From Auanema rhodensis (lineage: Eukaryota > Animalia > Nematoda): 64,000 nt of DNA. Made by a program: the position numbers and the translations under genes. The notes below the pieces were generated by a model. It was given only the letters and a program-made list of their open reading frames with translations, searched no databases and was not told where the DNA came from. The stretch is taken from assembly GCA_964057225.1 (NCBI GenBank), contig OZ059896.1, positions 14,880,001-14,944,000 on the forward strand. Direction: 5' to 3'. This document shows, one piece after another, positions 26,777-38,691 of the stretch (positions are counted from its first letter, which is position 1; every line of letters begins with the position of its first letter).

Positions 26777-29700
26777 AGAGAGGGTAAAGAAGATGTGATG
26801 ATGTGAAGCTATCAGCGACATCATATCAATTTCTTTTTATTCTCCCCTCCACCACTCTCAACCACTTCTCTCCTGTTTTTGGCTGTTTTCAATCTTTTAA
26901 ATATATATGTATATTCAAACCTATTACCTCATGTAGGTTATGTAATATTATAAATATAAGTACTACATAGTTAAAAACCGATCTTTTATGTTCGTTTGAA
27001 AAAATGTGTGAAAAATTTTTTTGTTATTGATACGATTTTTCTTTAAATTTGATTGATTTCAAACTGACTAAAGAACAATTCAACACAAATCAAACTTTAA
27101 GTTCGCGAGAGAACTTTAACCTCTCAAATGCTTGATCATCATCGTCGTCGTTGTCGTCGTTCCAACACTTTTTTCACTAACTTTTTATATTTTTATAATT
27201 TGACACAATGAATAAAGGTAGAATATATAGTATATGAAAAGAACGAGATATTTGGTAAATTTTCAGAACAAAAATTGCGTAAAAATGCTTTTAGATATAA
27301 TTGAATAGAATTCTTTATATAATATTTGGATTTTTAGGCATTGTTGACCAGAAAACTCACTAGTTAACCAAAGTCATTCCTCTTATAAAGGAATAACTTT
27401 ACGCTTTTAATACCAATATTTCTGAATATGGTAATTGTAAAAGAAGTTGTGCAAAAGATAAAGGAAGTTGTAAATGATACGTATGAAACAAAAATTTGTT
27501 TAGAAAGCCTATTTAAGGGAGATGAATATGAAAGAATAATTCAAAATAATTTTTCTTATGTTAGATTTCTTATGTTTAGAATCAACGGGCTTAAAATCGG
27601 TTCGTATAAACAACTTTAGTTTAAGACATCAAGATATTGAACTTTGTGTGAAGAATTCGGTATGAGATGGTTGTCAAGCTAAAGATGTTGAGAAAAAGTA
27701 GAAAATAGCTGAAGAAATTAGGGGGTGGGGGAAGTTTGCCTAGCACAAAGAGAGCAAAGTAAAATTGTCTTGTTTCTTAAAGATAAAGTTGTTTTCTTAA
27801 AGATAAGGTAAAAAAGAAGTACTTGATGAGAATGAGAATAGGGATACCGGAGTTGAGTATCAAGACGAATAATTGAAGTTGAAGCTGAAGTTGAATAAGA
27901 GCAGAAGATGATGGGTGTCAAGCAATCAATTGGCTACGTTTAATTTCCGTTCAAAGATGGAACAAGTCAAGTTTTAGATAATATTGTTGATGACGTAAAG
28001 ATGGACCACGTTTTTGAAAATGTCTTACACATACAAATAGGTTTTCGCTGTTTTGTATTTCCATCTTATTGATTTCAAGCATTCTTTGGGTTTTTTTTGC
28101 GGAAACGTTTTATGCAAAAATAAATAGTTTTTGTGTAAACATGTGTTTTTGTTTTACACAAATTGTACGGAAATAAATAAACAAATAAAAATTCTAAAAT
28201 AATTTACATAAGCATCATCTTCTTTTTCTTCTTAAAGATTATTATTTATACAAAATAAAGAGAATATTTAGTTCAATTTTGATTGGGCTATTTGATATTT
28301 GTAATTCTCTTAATTACACTATGAAACAAATCTACAACTATATGCTATAGGCCAAGATGCTCACTGCTCACTTATACTGGTTAACATGCAACTTCTTCTG
28401 CTTAATTTACTTTGAAAAATTGTTTTTTTCGTTTTTTTTTGCATCAAATCATCAGATGACTTGATTCTGATGAATGCTACGGCTGCTTCTGCAACTTCTT
28501 GTGTTGTCTGGAAGCAAACGGTATGCTTTGCAAGAGCAATAGCATCAACATATGCCGCTTAAACTGGTCACAAATATAATTTCGGTCATATGAAGATCAG
28601 AATCATCACTTTGAGAACTTGGTTAACCAGCAAAAGATTATACCTTGTGATTCTCAGTATAGTAGTTTATTAGTGGCAGAACAAGAAACGTGAACACAGC
28701 AGGAGAGAGAACATAGGAACGAATTACACAATGAAGTAAATATGAAAAGATTTTTATTGGAAATAGCTTATGTTTTCTGGGATCAGCTTTTCATCTGCTG
28801 TACCACTCATGTCTTCAGTTTTCCTTTCAATTCTCGTTCCTCCCCTCCTTTTTGAAATCTTTCGCTCTATCTCAAGCATATTCTCTGTCTCTCTCTTTCT
28901 TTGAAATGGAAGCAGATCATGCATCGTTTTATCCGGAAAACAATGTTTCCGGATTCAAATTAAACTTTCCATTTCCGGTATAGTTTGTCTATAAAATTTT
29001 CAATTCAGTCATCAAAAGAAACAGTCTAAACGAACATCAGAAGCATACCACATCAGTAAAATCGTGCTTTGAAACTAGATAATTGAGATAAAGTAACTGC
29101 AAAGCGATTGCATAGCACTGCAAACTGATCAAGCTGCAATACATTTCAGCGATTATACGAGCATATTAAGTGCATTATCGTCTATAAGCAGGAGACAAAG
29201 GAGAATATGAGTAGCGTAAACGAAAGATATAAGATATAATAAAAAAATTAAACGTGAATACAACTCTTTCTCCATTCTTTGAAAATGTAAGTTTGATTTC
29301 CGAAAGACAGTCCAACTACGTGGTAAAGAAACGAACTAATTAATCTTACAAAAGAGAATAGTTATAGCTTTTGAGATTATAAATTGTAGGAGACAATTGT
29401 TTAAATTCCAAAACGAAAAATACAAAACGAGCATGAGCCGGAAAATGTCGCTTGGACTGGTGATGATGAGGGATGTGGTTGTATGAACAAAAAGAGATGA
29501 ATAATGTTGTCCGCAACTAGTACTAGTACTACTACAGCTGCTGTTTTAGTTAACTAAGGATGTGGATGAGGCAAAAGCAAAGTTATAAGCAAGTTACTGA
29601 AGATAGAAGATTGTGTTCTTGTTATTAAATATACCACATACAGCTAACTCATAATATATCGAAATGACTGACATGACCATAACGATAATGACGTCATTTT

Positions 29701-31397
29701 TTGATGATTATGGGAAGTAGGTGGATTAATAACTATTTAAAGTAAAGTTTCTAAGCGTGACATGCAGGAAAAAATTATGAAAATTGAGGTGACCGGTGAA
29801 GGTTATGTGAAGCTTAATTGAGGTGGAGGTGTAAGACCAATGAAAGTAAACGATTTTTGGTTATTTGAATTCGTTGTTGCACCTGAATGATTTCAGAATG
29901 CATTATGTTGACGTGGTGATCGCCATTCTACAAAACGAACTAGAGTAAAGTCAGTGTGATAATTATAAAATTGGCTTTTCGTAGTTCAAAAGGCTTGATA
30001 GTAGGTGTAGTAAAAGGGGAAGAGACAAGAGGTATAAGCTTGTCTGTGTATGTGTCAGTGTTGGTGCGAGGATGACGATAAACAAAATTATAATTCTGTC
30101 AATGAAATATTTATAATGTTCTGGATGTTCTTCTTACATTTTTTTGGCAGGTATTCTTCATATTTCTTTTTTCTTTTCGTTTCGTCGTCAAAAAAATGTG
30201 TGAAATAATATTATTGACCTACAAATATAGGCTCTTAAACAAAAAAAGTCGTTGTAGTCGTCCTTTATTGTCTTTGCTACAAAAATAATGAATTGTTTGA
30301 GGTTATTGAAAGTATTTGGTGGTAAGAAATATATTTTCTTTTTCAATTTGGATCCTCAAAATGTGAAACGAGTGTTTGAATTCAAGCAACTGTGAATTTT
30401 GATACAGATTGCGTGCTGGCTGAATAGTAATGTTGGCTGAATGCTATAGATGACAACTTGCGAAAGGGCTTAGGAGACTTGAGATAATTCTTTACAAATT
30501 GGTACAATTTCAAAAATATATTCCGCAGAGTGGCTGTGAGTAGCATCACCTGTTCCAATTTGATGGAACATTTTAATTTCGTTTTCTAAAAAAAAGCACG
30601 AGGAGAAAAGAAGGGACACGGCCATATAGAAAGATAATACTAATTTTTTTTCGGTGTTTACCGAAAATAATCAAAAAATTGAGAAAAGCAAGATACGATG
30701 ATGTTGAGATTAAAGATTTTTACAGTTATAAAAGTTTAGAAAAAAGCATTTCTTTTGGAACGATTTTAAAAAAACAGACAAAAGATGTGAGCGTGTGTGC
30801 ATAAGCTCTAATATAATATTTCAATTCTCAGTCAGTGTTGTAATGTGCTGTCACCAGTTTTGTGATGGAATAAGGACACACGTTTTCACGATTAATCTTG
30901 AATTAAAATTTGAAATGAAAAGATGTTAGATTAATGACATTCACACCTCACATATATCTTTTTAGCTTATTTTTTCATTCAAAATGTACTAAGTGAGAGA
31001 TAAGAAAGAGAAAAGACAAGCTTTCAGTATCACAGATCAAAAGTTCAAGTTAGTTTTGATAGGTAGGTAGAAGAATTAGAGAAAGAGAAAGCTTTAATAG
31101 GTATGTATAATAAGAAAAAGGAAGAAGAGGAAGCTTTAATAGGCAGGTAGATGATTGAGAAAAAAAATTTGATTGCCACAACAAAAGTTTTACATATTTG
31201 AATAAATTTGTTATATGTTTTAGAGAGATGAAACATGAGATAGTGAATCATGAATATATTTAAAAAAGAAAAAGAAGTTTATACAACTCAATGTATATTT
31301 ATAATTAAATTTCGAAAAATGTTTTCATTTATTTCGCAAAAAGAGCTTACAGATGTATGTAACTCACTCTTTTTAAACGGAATGAAAAAAAAGAAAA

Positions 31398-31401
<4 letters not shown>

Positions 31402-31469
<68 letters not shown>

Positions 31470-31480
31470 CAGAGGGAGAG
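31402..31480. repeat. (GA)n microsatellite
   Basis: GA run interrupted by GACA. Confidence 0.95.
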
Positions 31481-34211
31481 GAAAAAAACGAAAAATATGA
31501 AGAATTAGAAAACAATAAGAAAATGTTTTTCTTCACAAATAGCCAATGCCTCCTCTTGGTTTGTCATTGGCAATTTTAGTTTCTAGCTCAAGTCAAGGCT
31601 CAACAGCTTGGGTTCTGCTTCTTAAAATTTGCCTATAGATAGATAGTTCAGCTATGTAGTAAGAAAGATTCAAATTTATTAAATATGTATAATAAATAAA
31701 TAAATGTATATAGTCTAAGTGAGCATTTTGAGACAAAACCTTCAAAATGTAAAGAAAGATTTTAATTTCTAGCAGTATTTCTAAGAATAACTCGTTTGAA
31801 TCGCCACAAATTAATCTAAGCAGCTGGGTTCCTTCTTTTTCTTTCTCGCTTTCTCTTGGTATTATATTTTTTACATATTGTATATATTTATACGTTAATA
31901 ACAATAGCATAGTTTATATATAAGCTTAATTATTGAATTAATCAAGTAAATCTATACTTAGAATGATCATAAATTCGCTTTCCTTGGTTTTTCTAAGTCG
32001 TTAAAATGAATAAAAATGAGGAATTCATTTCAAGAAACAAGAACATACATACATATGCAATTTAACATACGCTTCATTGAAAAAACGTGAAATCAGATGA
32101 AGAAGCTGGAAATTCAAATGATTAAAAACATGAAAAAGATGAAGATAGTTGCAGAATAGGTGAGACATCAGTAAAAATATTTTTTATGCACAAAAAAGAA
32201 TAATAAAGTTTTTTTCTTCAAGAATTTTAAAAGGAAAATGGAAGAATATTTTGTCTCCTGCTCATATCCTTTGACTTAGGTTTCAAGTTATTCGTACTGA
32301 TCATAGATTCCGATGAACAGACATAGCAAACAGACAACACTGGGGGGCAGACATAATGCTTGAAAGAAGAGGAGATGAAGCTGAAGAAGACTAGAAAAGA
32401 GTGAAGCAGTGGGACATATATTTTGTCTTTTTCCAAAATTTCTCATAATTTATCGGAAGATAAGCCTTTTAAAAGAGTGCTAGCCGAGTTTGAGTGGTGC
32501 ACGTTTAGCAGAAAAAGCTTTCTAAGATCGCTCTCTAATCCCTTTACTAGGGTCTTAGCAAGTTTTATAAGGAAGAACAGAACTCTTTATTTTTCTCAGA
32601 GAGCTGGAAGCAAGAAAGAACGAATTAATCAGAAAAGTCTGATACCAATATTCAATTTAAACTTTGCAGCATAATTGAGGAGAACGAAAGGAAACAAAAA
32701 AAACAATGAAAGCCTCCTTTGCTCTCATGTTTTCTTGAAATTGTAAGAATAAACATGTAAAACGTCGAGAAGATTTAGAGAAGAGAGCTTAATTTTTTTC
32801 GTGGTGGGAACAATTTATGCCTTCAAATGAAACAACTTCATACGCTAATTCTCTTCTTCTTTATTATATAAAAGCAGCAAGCTAATCTTTTTATTTAATT
32901 CAGCATAAATATAGAATAAAACAGCAAAACTTGAAAATAAACCTTGCATTTATGATTCGATCGTTCTTTAACTTTCCCAAAGTTGCAAGGGATAACAAAA
33001 TGTTACGTTATATGTCATGTTGGGTTGTTACGGACGACGAAGAGCATGATGAGAACACGATAATGCAGAAGATTGGAACTGATGCTGATATTGTACCAGG
33101 TTTTGTTAACAAAGTTTTCCTAGGGCAATTGAGAAAAAAAAGGAGAAAAAGAAACTAAAAACCTTAAGAAAAGAACATTATATTTTTGTGTGAAAAAATA
33201 TAGAAACTAGATAAATTGTTATATGAAAAAAAAAAGTAAATCGTTTTCGGAGGTCATTCATCTTTGTTTTGAAGTTTTTCTTTAAAATATTTAAAAGAAA
33301 AAGATATAAAAAAGCTTATACATGTACATATACATATATTACTTATTCTTTCATCTAAACAACAACCAAAAGATGAATAAGAATAATTTTGAAAAAATTT
33401 ATGATGATTAGAAAACATTTATGATTTGATAAATAATGGAGGGAGACTAATTATAATATCATTGAATTGTTAAATAAATACTTTCTTTTTAAAAAGATTC
33501 ACGAAAGCTTTTCTTTCAATTATCTTTTTGTTTCATAAACAAACATAAGTTTTTGGGCAAATCGTGGAGAAGTTGTAGTATAGGAAAAAAGCAATTAATT
33601 GGTTATAGTTTGAGAAAAATAGACAACTTCTACAAATGATAAACATAGAATTGGTTGTGAAATATACAAATATTTTCGAAAACTATGTAATTTTGGAACA
33701 GATTGTTGTTCGATAGCTAAAACAATAGAAACCTCACTTAATATTTCTTTCTTTCCATTTTTTTCTCTGCCTCTCTCTTGAGCATTCTATACAACTCTTA
33801 TTTTCTCTCCATCTTCTTCATATACCCCATACCCAATAAGTTTTACAATATTTTTCTTTGTACCGCTGTTTATATTGTTTCATTCCTACGTTCCTTTTTG
33901 AATACACTTGAGTTGGAATGAATATCATATGGTTGTGTCCTGTAGTTTCATATAAGAACTGAGAAAAGAGTTTTACTGGTTATGAAGCTGTTTCACTGTA
34001 GCAACACAGCTTCATAGCCACAAAACGAGCCACAAGGTAACAAAGTAAAAAATATTAACTGAAGATAATAAAAATGTATTTCAACAAAAAAAATAGCTTA
34101 TACAAAAATAGCTTACACGTTTTTTTGCACTTTTTAACTATTTTAATGCACAAAAAAAATTATAATTTTGTACTGGACAAACTAAATATAGAAGTATTTC
34201 TTCTCCAATTT

Positions 34212-34984
34212 CTAATTCAATTCATCAGTTATTTGCAACTCCCGAAGCTTTTGGATAAATTCTGTCGCCTCTTCGAATGCATCCTTCACCTCGAGAGCAC
34301 CATGCCTATCTATATAGAAAGAGGAGTGGCATCGGAAACAAATAAAACACAGAAAAATAAACCACAATTTGTACATTTACTTCGAACACGGAAAAGCGAC
34401 GTCCGATTTTACGCGAGAGCGCCCACGCGAAGCGTCTCTTGCCGTCATGCGAGTTGAGCAAAACGTTGAGCTGGCGATCAGCTATGAACTCTTAAAACGA
34501 ATACATTGCATAAATAATAAGAAATTAAAATTACCTTGTATTGCGAGCGATGCACTGCACCAAATGATCTCACAAGCAAGTTGATGATCGCTTACTTTTA
34601 TGAACAGTTTTACAAAAGTCAGAAGAGTATCCGATGTATGGTCCTGTTCACGATTAAACTTTTTCTGAAATAATATATAATAAAGCTACTAAAATAAACA
34701 CTACTTACCTCACAGAGTCTATCAAGACACTCGTTGTCAAGAGGTTCGGCATCATTTTCGATAAGCTTCTAAAAAATTGTAATATTAACATTGAAATAAA
34801 TATATGAACCAACCTCATATAAAAGATCTTTCTTATCGTATTTCGCCAGAGCATTTTTTAATGCATTTTCCATTTCAGTGATTTCTTTAATTTCATAAAC
34901 ACGTTGAAAATAGCATTTAATAAGGCTTTCCAGCGTTGCCTTTTTAAGCAATTTTTGAATCCGAGGATCCTGATGCCAGTTCAT
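34212..34984 (-). CDS. Uncharacterised small multi-exon gene
   Basis: TTTAG then ATG at 34984. Four exons splice in frame across ~45-nt GT-AG introns: MNWHQDPRIQK...DLLYE | KLIENDAEPLDNECLDRLCE | KKFNREQDHTSDTLL...SLAIQ | EFIADRQLNVLLNSHDG...FSVFE. The frame of the last exon is unresolved. Confidence 0.6.
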
Positions 34985-35144
34985 TCTAAATATATGTACA
35001 TACTGCGATGAAGGTTGCACAACCACTAGAAACCCCCCGTATTTTTCGAAGCAAACTACAGAAAATTCGAAAAAAAATATTTTGAGTGTTGAAAACCTCT
35101 GAAGAATCAATAAAAAAACTTTAAAAATCAATTAAACATGTTTA

Positions 35145-35465
35145 TTAATATTTAGTCGGATGTCCAAAATTATCAATTACTGCTTGAAGTCTTCTGGGCA
35201 TTGATTCCACGAGTTTCTTCAGCAGGTCGATGGGGTTGAGATCCGGAGACTGGCTAGGCCAATTCAGAACGTTCAGCCGGTTCTCTTTCATAAAGTTCGT
35301 TGTCGATCGAGCCGTGTGCTTCGGATCGTTATCTTGATGCAGGATAAATTGATTCATCGTTCGGAACTTGTTGATGGCGAATGGCATAAAGGCTTCTTGA
35401 AGAATGTGCTGGTAGTCTTCTGCACACATTCTGCCTTCTACGCGGAACAGAGGCCCATGTATTTG
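35145..35465 (-). mobile_element. Tc1-family (DD34E) transposase C-terminal remnant, internally deleted
   Basis: HGPLFRVEG...FILHQDNDPKH...LNWPSQSPDLNPI joins directly to LVESMPRRLQAVI...GHPTKY*. The segment carrying the catalytic E is missing, and I see no N-terminus or TIRs. Confidence 0.85.
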
Positions 35466-35467
35466 GT

Positions 35468-35543
35468 TCTGAAAACAAGTAGCAGTGTAGATATCCTTAG
35501 GTCGCTGGTTCGAATCCTGCTCGACGGAGTTTCTTTTCTTTCC
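35468..35543 (+). pseudogene. Orphan partial tRNA-Tyr array unit, inverted relative to the main array (intron, 3' exon and terminator)
   Basis: GTAGCAGTGTAGATATCCTTAGGTCGCTGGTTCGAATCCTGCTCGACGGAGTTTCTTTTCTTT matches the array unit with 2 substitutions. It is preceded by TCTGAAAACAA, which matches the array 5' spacer. The A-box half is absent. Confidence 0.9.
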
Positions 35544-35764
35544 TGCATTGTTGGTGATTCGTTGAGCTCTCCACTGTTTCGTACTTCGGTTGGAACGCTT
35601 AACATCCATTGCAGCAATGATGTGTTCTTTTGTTTGATTTGCTGGGTTTCCATAACAACAAACCTAATTAGAAAAAGAATATTACATATCTTAAGTTAGG
35701 CTTAAATACATACATATGTTTGCAAAAAAATAAGAATAATTGATATTTTTCATACATTCAATTG

Positions 35765-38086
35765 AGTAACAACGAAGCTAATCAAATGTGCTTCAGAAGA
35801 AGAGCGTATCGCTGCTTTAAAAAATCCTAAACTTTTCTATCGTTTTTGTAAATCCCGATTAAATGGTAATACATCGGACGTTCCCAACCTCACTGTCAAT
35901 AATGAGACAGTTTCTTCAGATGTCGGTAAAGTGTCAGCATTCGCTAATGTTTTCACTGTTTCTCCACTGGTCTATCCAGAAACAACTCACACACCCGCTC
36001 CTTCTTTCACACACAATCATACCTTTGATTTTATAGACATAACACCTGATTTAGTCTACAAAACTCTTCAAAATCTACCACTCAGAGTTTCTACGTCCCC
36101 GGATGGCATTCCATACTATTTTCTCAAACAGTGTGCTTTTTCCTTAGCTAATCCATTAGCTTTTATTTTTCACAGTTTGCTGGTTTCCGCTACTTGTCCT
36201 TCCGATTGGAAATTAGCCTGGATTCGTCCCATTTTCAAGACAGGCAAATCTGATGATCCAGGTAACTACCGCCCAATTTCACTCACTTCCAGTCTTTCAA
36301 AAGTTTTTGAGCGTATCATACGTACTCCACTTTTAAATTTCGGTATTTCTAATGGTGCCATATCAACAAATCAACACGCCTTTCTTCCTAAAAGAAACAC
36401 TGTTTCTGCTATTCTCAGTAGCCACATTTTCTTTAGGTCTTCATTGGACTGCAATATTCCGGTTTTCGTAGCTTTTATTGATTTTTCAAAAGCTTTCGAT
36501 CTTATAAACCATTTTACTCTTTTTTCAAAGCTCAACTCTATAGGAATCAAGGGCCCACTTTATTATTTTCTCCAAAGTTTTATTTCTGGTAGGTCTTTTT
36601 CAGTTATGGTCAATAATATTTTATCACCACCTGTACAACTCACTTGTGGTGTACCACAAGGTACAGTACTTGGTCCTTTGTTGTTTTTGTTTTACATCAA
36701 TGATATTACATCAAGTTTTCCTGCTGATGTTAAACCTATTCTCTATGCAGACGATTTGAAACTGTACAGTACTAACCCTACCAGTCTACAACGTGCTCTT
36801 GATCAATTAGAACTATGGTGCAACTCCAACGGAATGGCCGTAAACACTTCTAAATCTAAAATAATGGTAATATCAAGTAAGTCGATCCGTCATCCTGAAA
36901 ATATTGCTTTCACCTTCGGTGACAGTAACCTATCTTTAGTAAATTGCTACAAAGATCTAGGAGTTTTAACAAACTCTAATCTCTCATTTTCAAACCACAT
37001 AAACAAAATTACAAGCGAAGCGGCACGGAAATGTCGAATAATTTTACGTTGTTTTTACTCCAAATCACCTTTTCTAATGTATAATCTTTTTTGCACTTAT
37101 ATACGACCGATTCTAGAATATGCTTCCATTATTTGGTCACCACAGGATTCTAAAGACAAGGACCAGATCGAATACGTCCAGAAAAAGTTTTGCGCGCAGT
37201 TTTCATGCGCTCTGGATCTAAAATAAACTATGAAAATCAACTTTCTTTATTAGGAGGTCAAAAGTTATTTTTCAGAAGACTTGTTTTTGATTTGACTTTT
37301 TATTTTAACCAAATAAAGTCGCCTACTTCAGATAATAGTTTGGATATTCTTAAGCTCAAAAAGTACACACACTCCCTGAGGCGACATGAATGGAGTGTTG
37401 AGCATCCCAACCTCCGGAAAACTCAGACCAGAAGAGGTATTGAGTACAGAGGCATTGACACTTGGAACTCAATACCAGAGAACATTGTCAATCTTGAAAA
37501 AGCTGTCAACTTCCGTAAACATCTTCAAGTTTTTTAAACAATCATTAAATTTATTTTTCTCATTATTGTACTATATTTGTCTAGCGTCCTATTTTTGAAT
37601 AATTGTCTCAATATGTTTTTTATAACTTTTTATAGCTAAGTTACTTTATGTGTTAATTGTTTTGTTCCAACCACATCCTCGCTCCCTTCTTTGCTACACT
37701 GTTACTTCACCATAGTTTCTATAGGCATTAGCCATACGAACCAGGTGACAGTTACCTCTTCTTACCAGAACGGGCTCGACTTTATTATAAGTTCCACCGC
37801 ACCTGGTAAATGTAAAAAAAGAGGTCAGATCACTTATCTGATTTGAACAACTCCCCTGTTTTTAGAGAATGGGTTAACATTCATAATACATAAAGAGACT
37901 AGCTAAAAGTATGTATCTTAAAAGACAAAATTGATTCAATAACTCTTCTCAACTTTGCACAATTATTGCTTATTCATTTATTAATTTTTATAATTATGTT
38001 CGTATTGTAAGGATCTTTTTTCATACTTCTTCTCTTAAAAACCACTAATGTTACAACCTGTGATAAAGAACAATAAACCTTGACTA
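35765..38086 (+). mobile_element. Non-LTR retrotransposon (CR1-like LINE), 5'-truncated, RT ORF with one frameshift
   Basis: ORF 35931-37226 has SPDGIP, NYRPISLTSSLSKVFE, FIDFSKAFD, GVPQGTVLGPLLF, LYADDLKL, YKDLGV and YIRPILEYASIIWSP. It continues in the 37190-37537 frame after a T-run frameshift near 37190. A 3' UTR with AATAAA (38072-38077) follows. No endonuclease domain is present, and the 5' end is approximate. Confidence 0.9.
35931..37537 (+). pseudogene. Reverse transcriptase of the CR1-like LINE (frameshifted, N-terminally truncated)
   Basis: RT motifs including YADD. Homologous coding extends upstream (KNPKLFYRFCKSRL) without a proper start. Confidence 0.88.
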
Positions 38087-38371
38087 ATCTACACTTCTAC
38101 CGTCCTCCGCTCTACCAACTGAGCTATCGACGGAAAGAATCTGTTGTTTTCAGAGGTTATTGTCAATAACTGCTATAATCAATATTTTAAACGGAAGAAA
38201 AAGAAAAGAAATTCCGTCGAGCCGAATTCGAACCAGCGACCTAAGGATATCTACACTTCTACCGTCCTCCGCTCTACCAACTGAGCTATCGACGGAAAGA
38301 ATCTGTTATTTTCAGAGGTTATTGTCAATAACTGCTATAATCAATATTGAACAAAAAAAAAGAAAAGAAAC

Positions 38372-38454
38372 TCCGTCGAGCCGGATTCGAACCAGCGACC
38401 TAAGGATATCTACACTTCTACAGTCCTCCGCTCTACCAACTGAGCTATCGACGG
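38372..38454 (-). tRNA. tRNA-Tyr-GTA: tRNA-Tyr(GTA) with 10-nt intron, representative intact copy
   Basis: Minus strand reads CCGTCGATAGCTCAGTTGGTAGAGCGGAGGACTGTAG-aagtgtagat-ATCCTTAGGTCGCTGGTTCGAATCCGGCTCGACGGA. It has a full cloverleaf, A and B boxes, an intron at the canonical 37/38 position, and T4/T5 Pol III terminator runs immediately downstream. Confidence 0.97.
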
Positions 38455-38691
38455 AACGAATCTGTTGTTTTCAGAGGTTATTGTCAATAACTGCTATAAT
38501 CAATATTGAACAAAAAAAAAGAAAAGAAACTCCGTCGAGCCGGATTCGAACCAGCGACCTAAGGATATCTACACTTCTACCGTCCTCCGCTCTACCAACT
38601 GAGCTATCGACGGAAAGAATCTGTTATTTTCAGAGGTTATTGTCAATAACTGCTATAATCAATATTGAACAAAAAAAAAGAAAAGAAACTC

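Noticed and set aside
27200-28090. Coding-like + strand stretch (MVIVKEVVQKIKEVVNDTYETK…)
   Set aside because: Stops in all frames around plausible splice sites and no recognisable family. It may be a decayed pseudogene, but I cannot support a call.
28450-30600. Minus-strand hydrophobic coding-like fragments, possibly a decayed small gene and a serpentine receptor
   Set aside because: I could not build a consistent exon chain or find a diagnostic motif.
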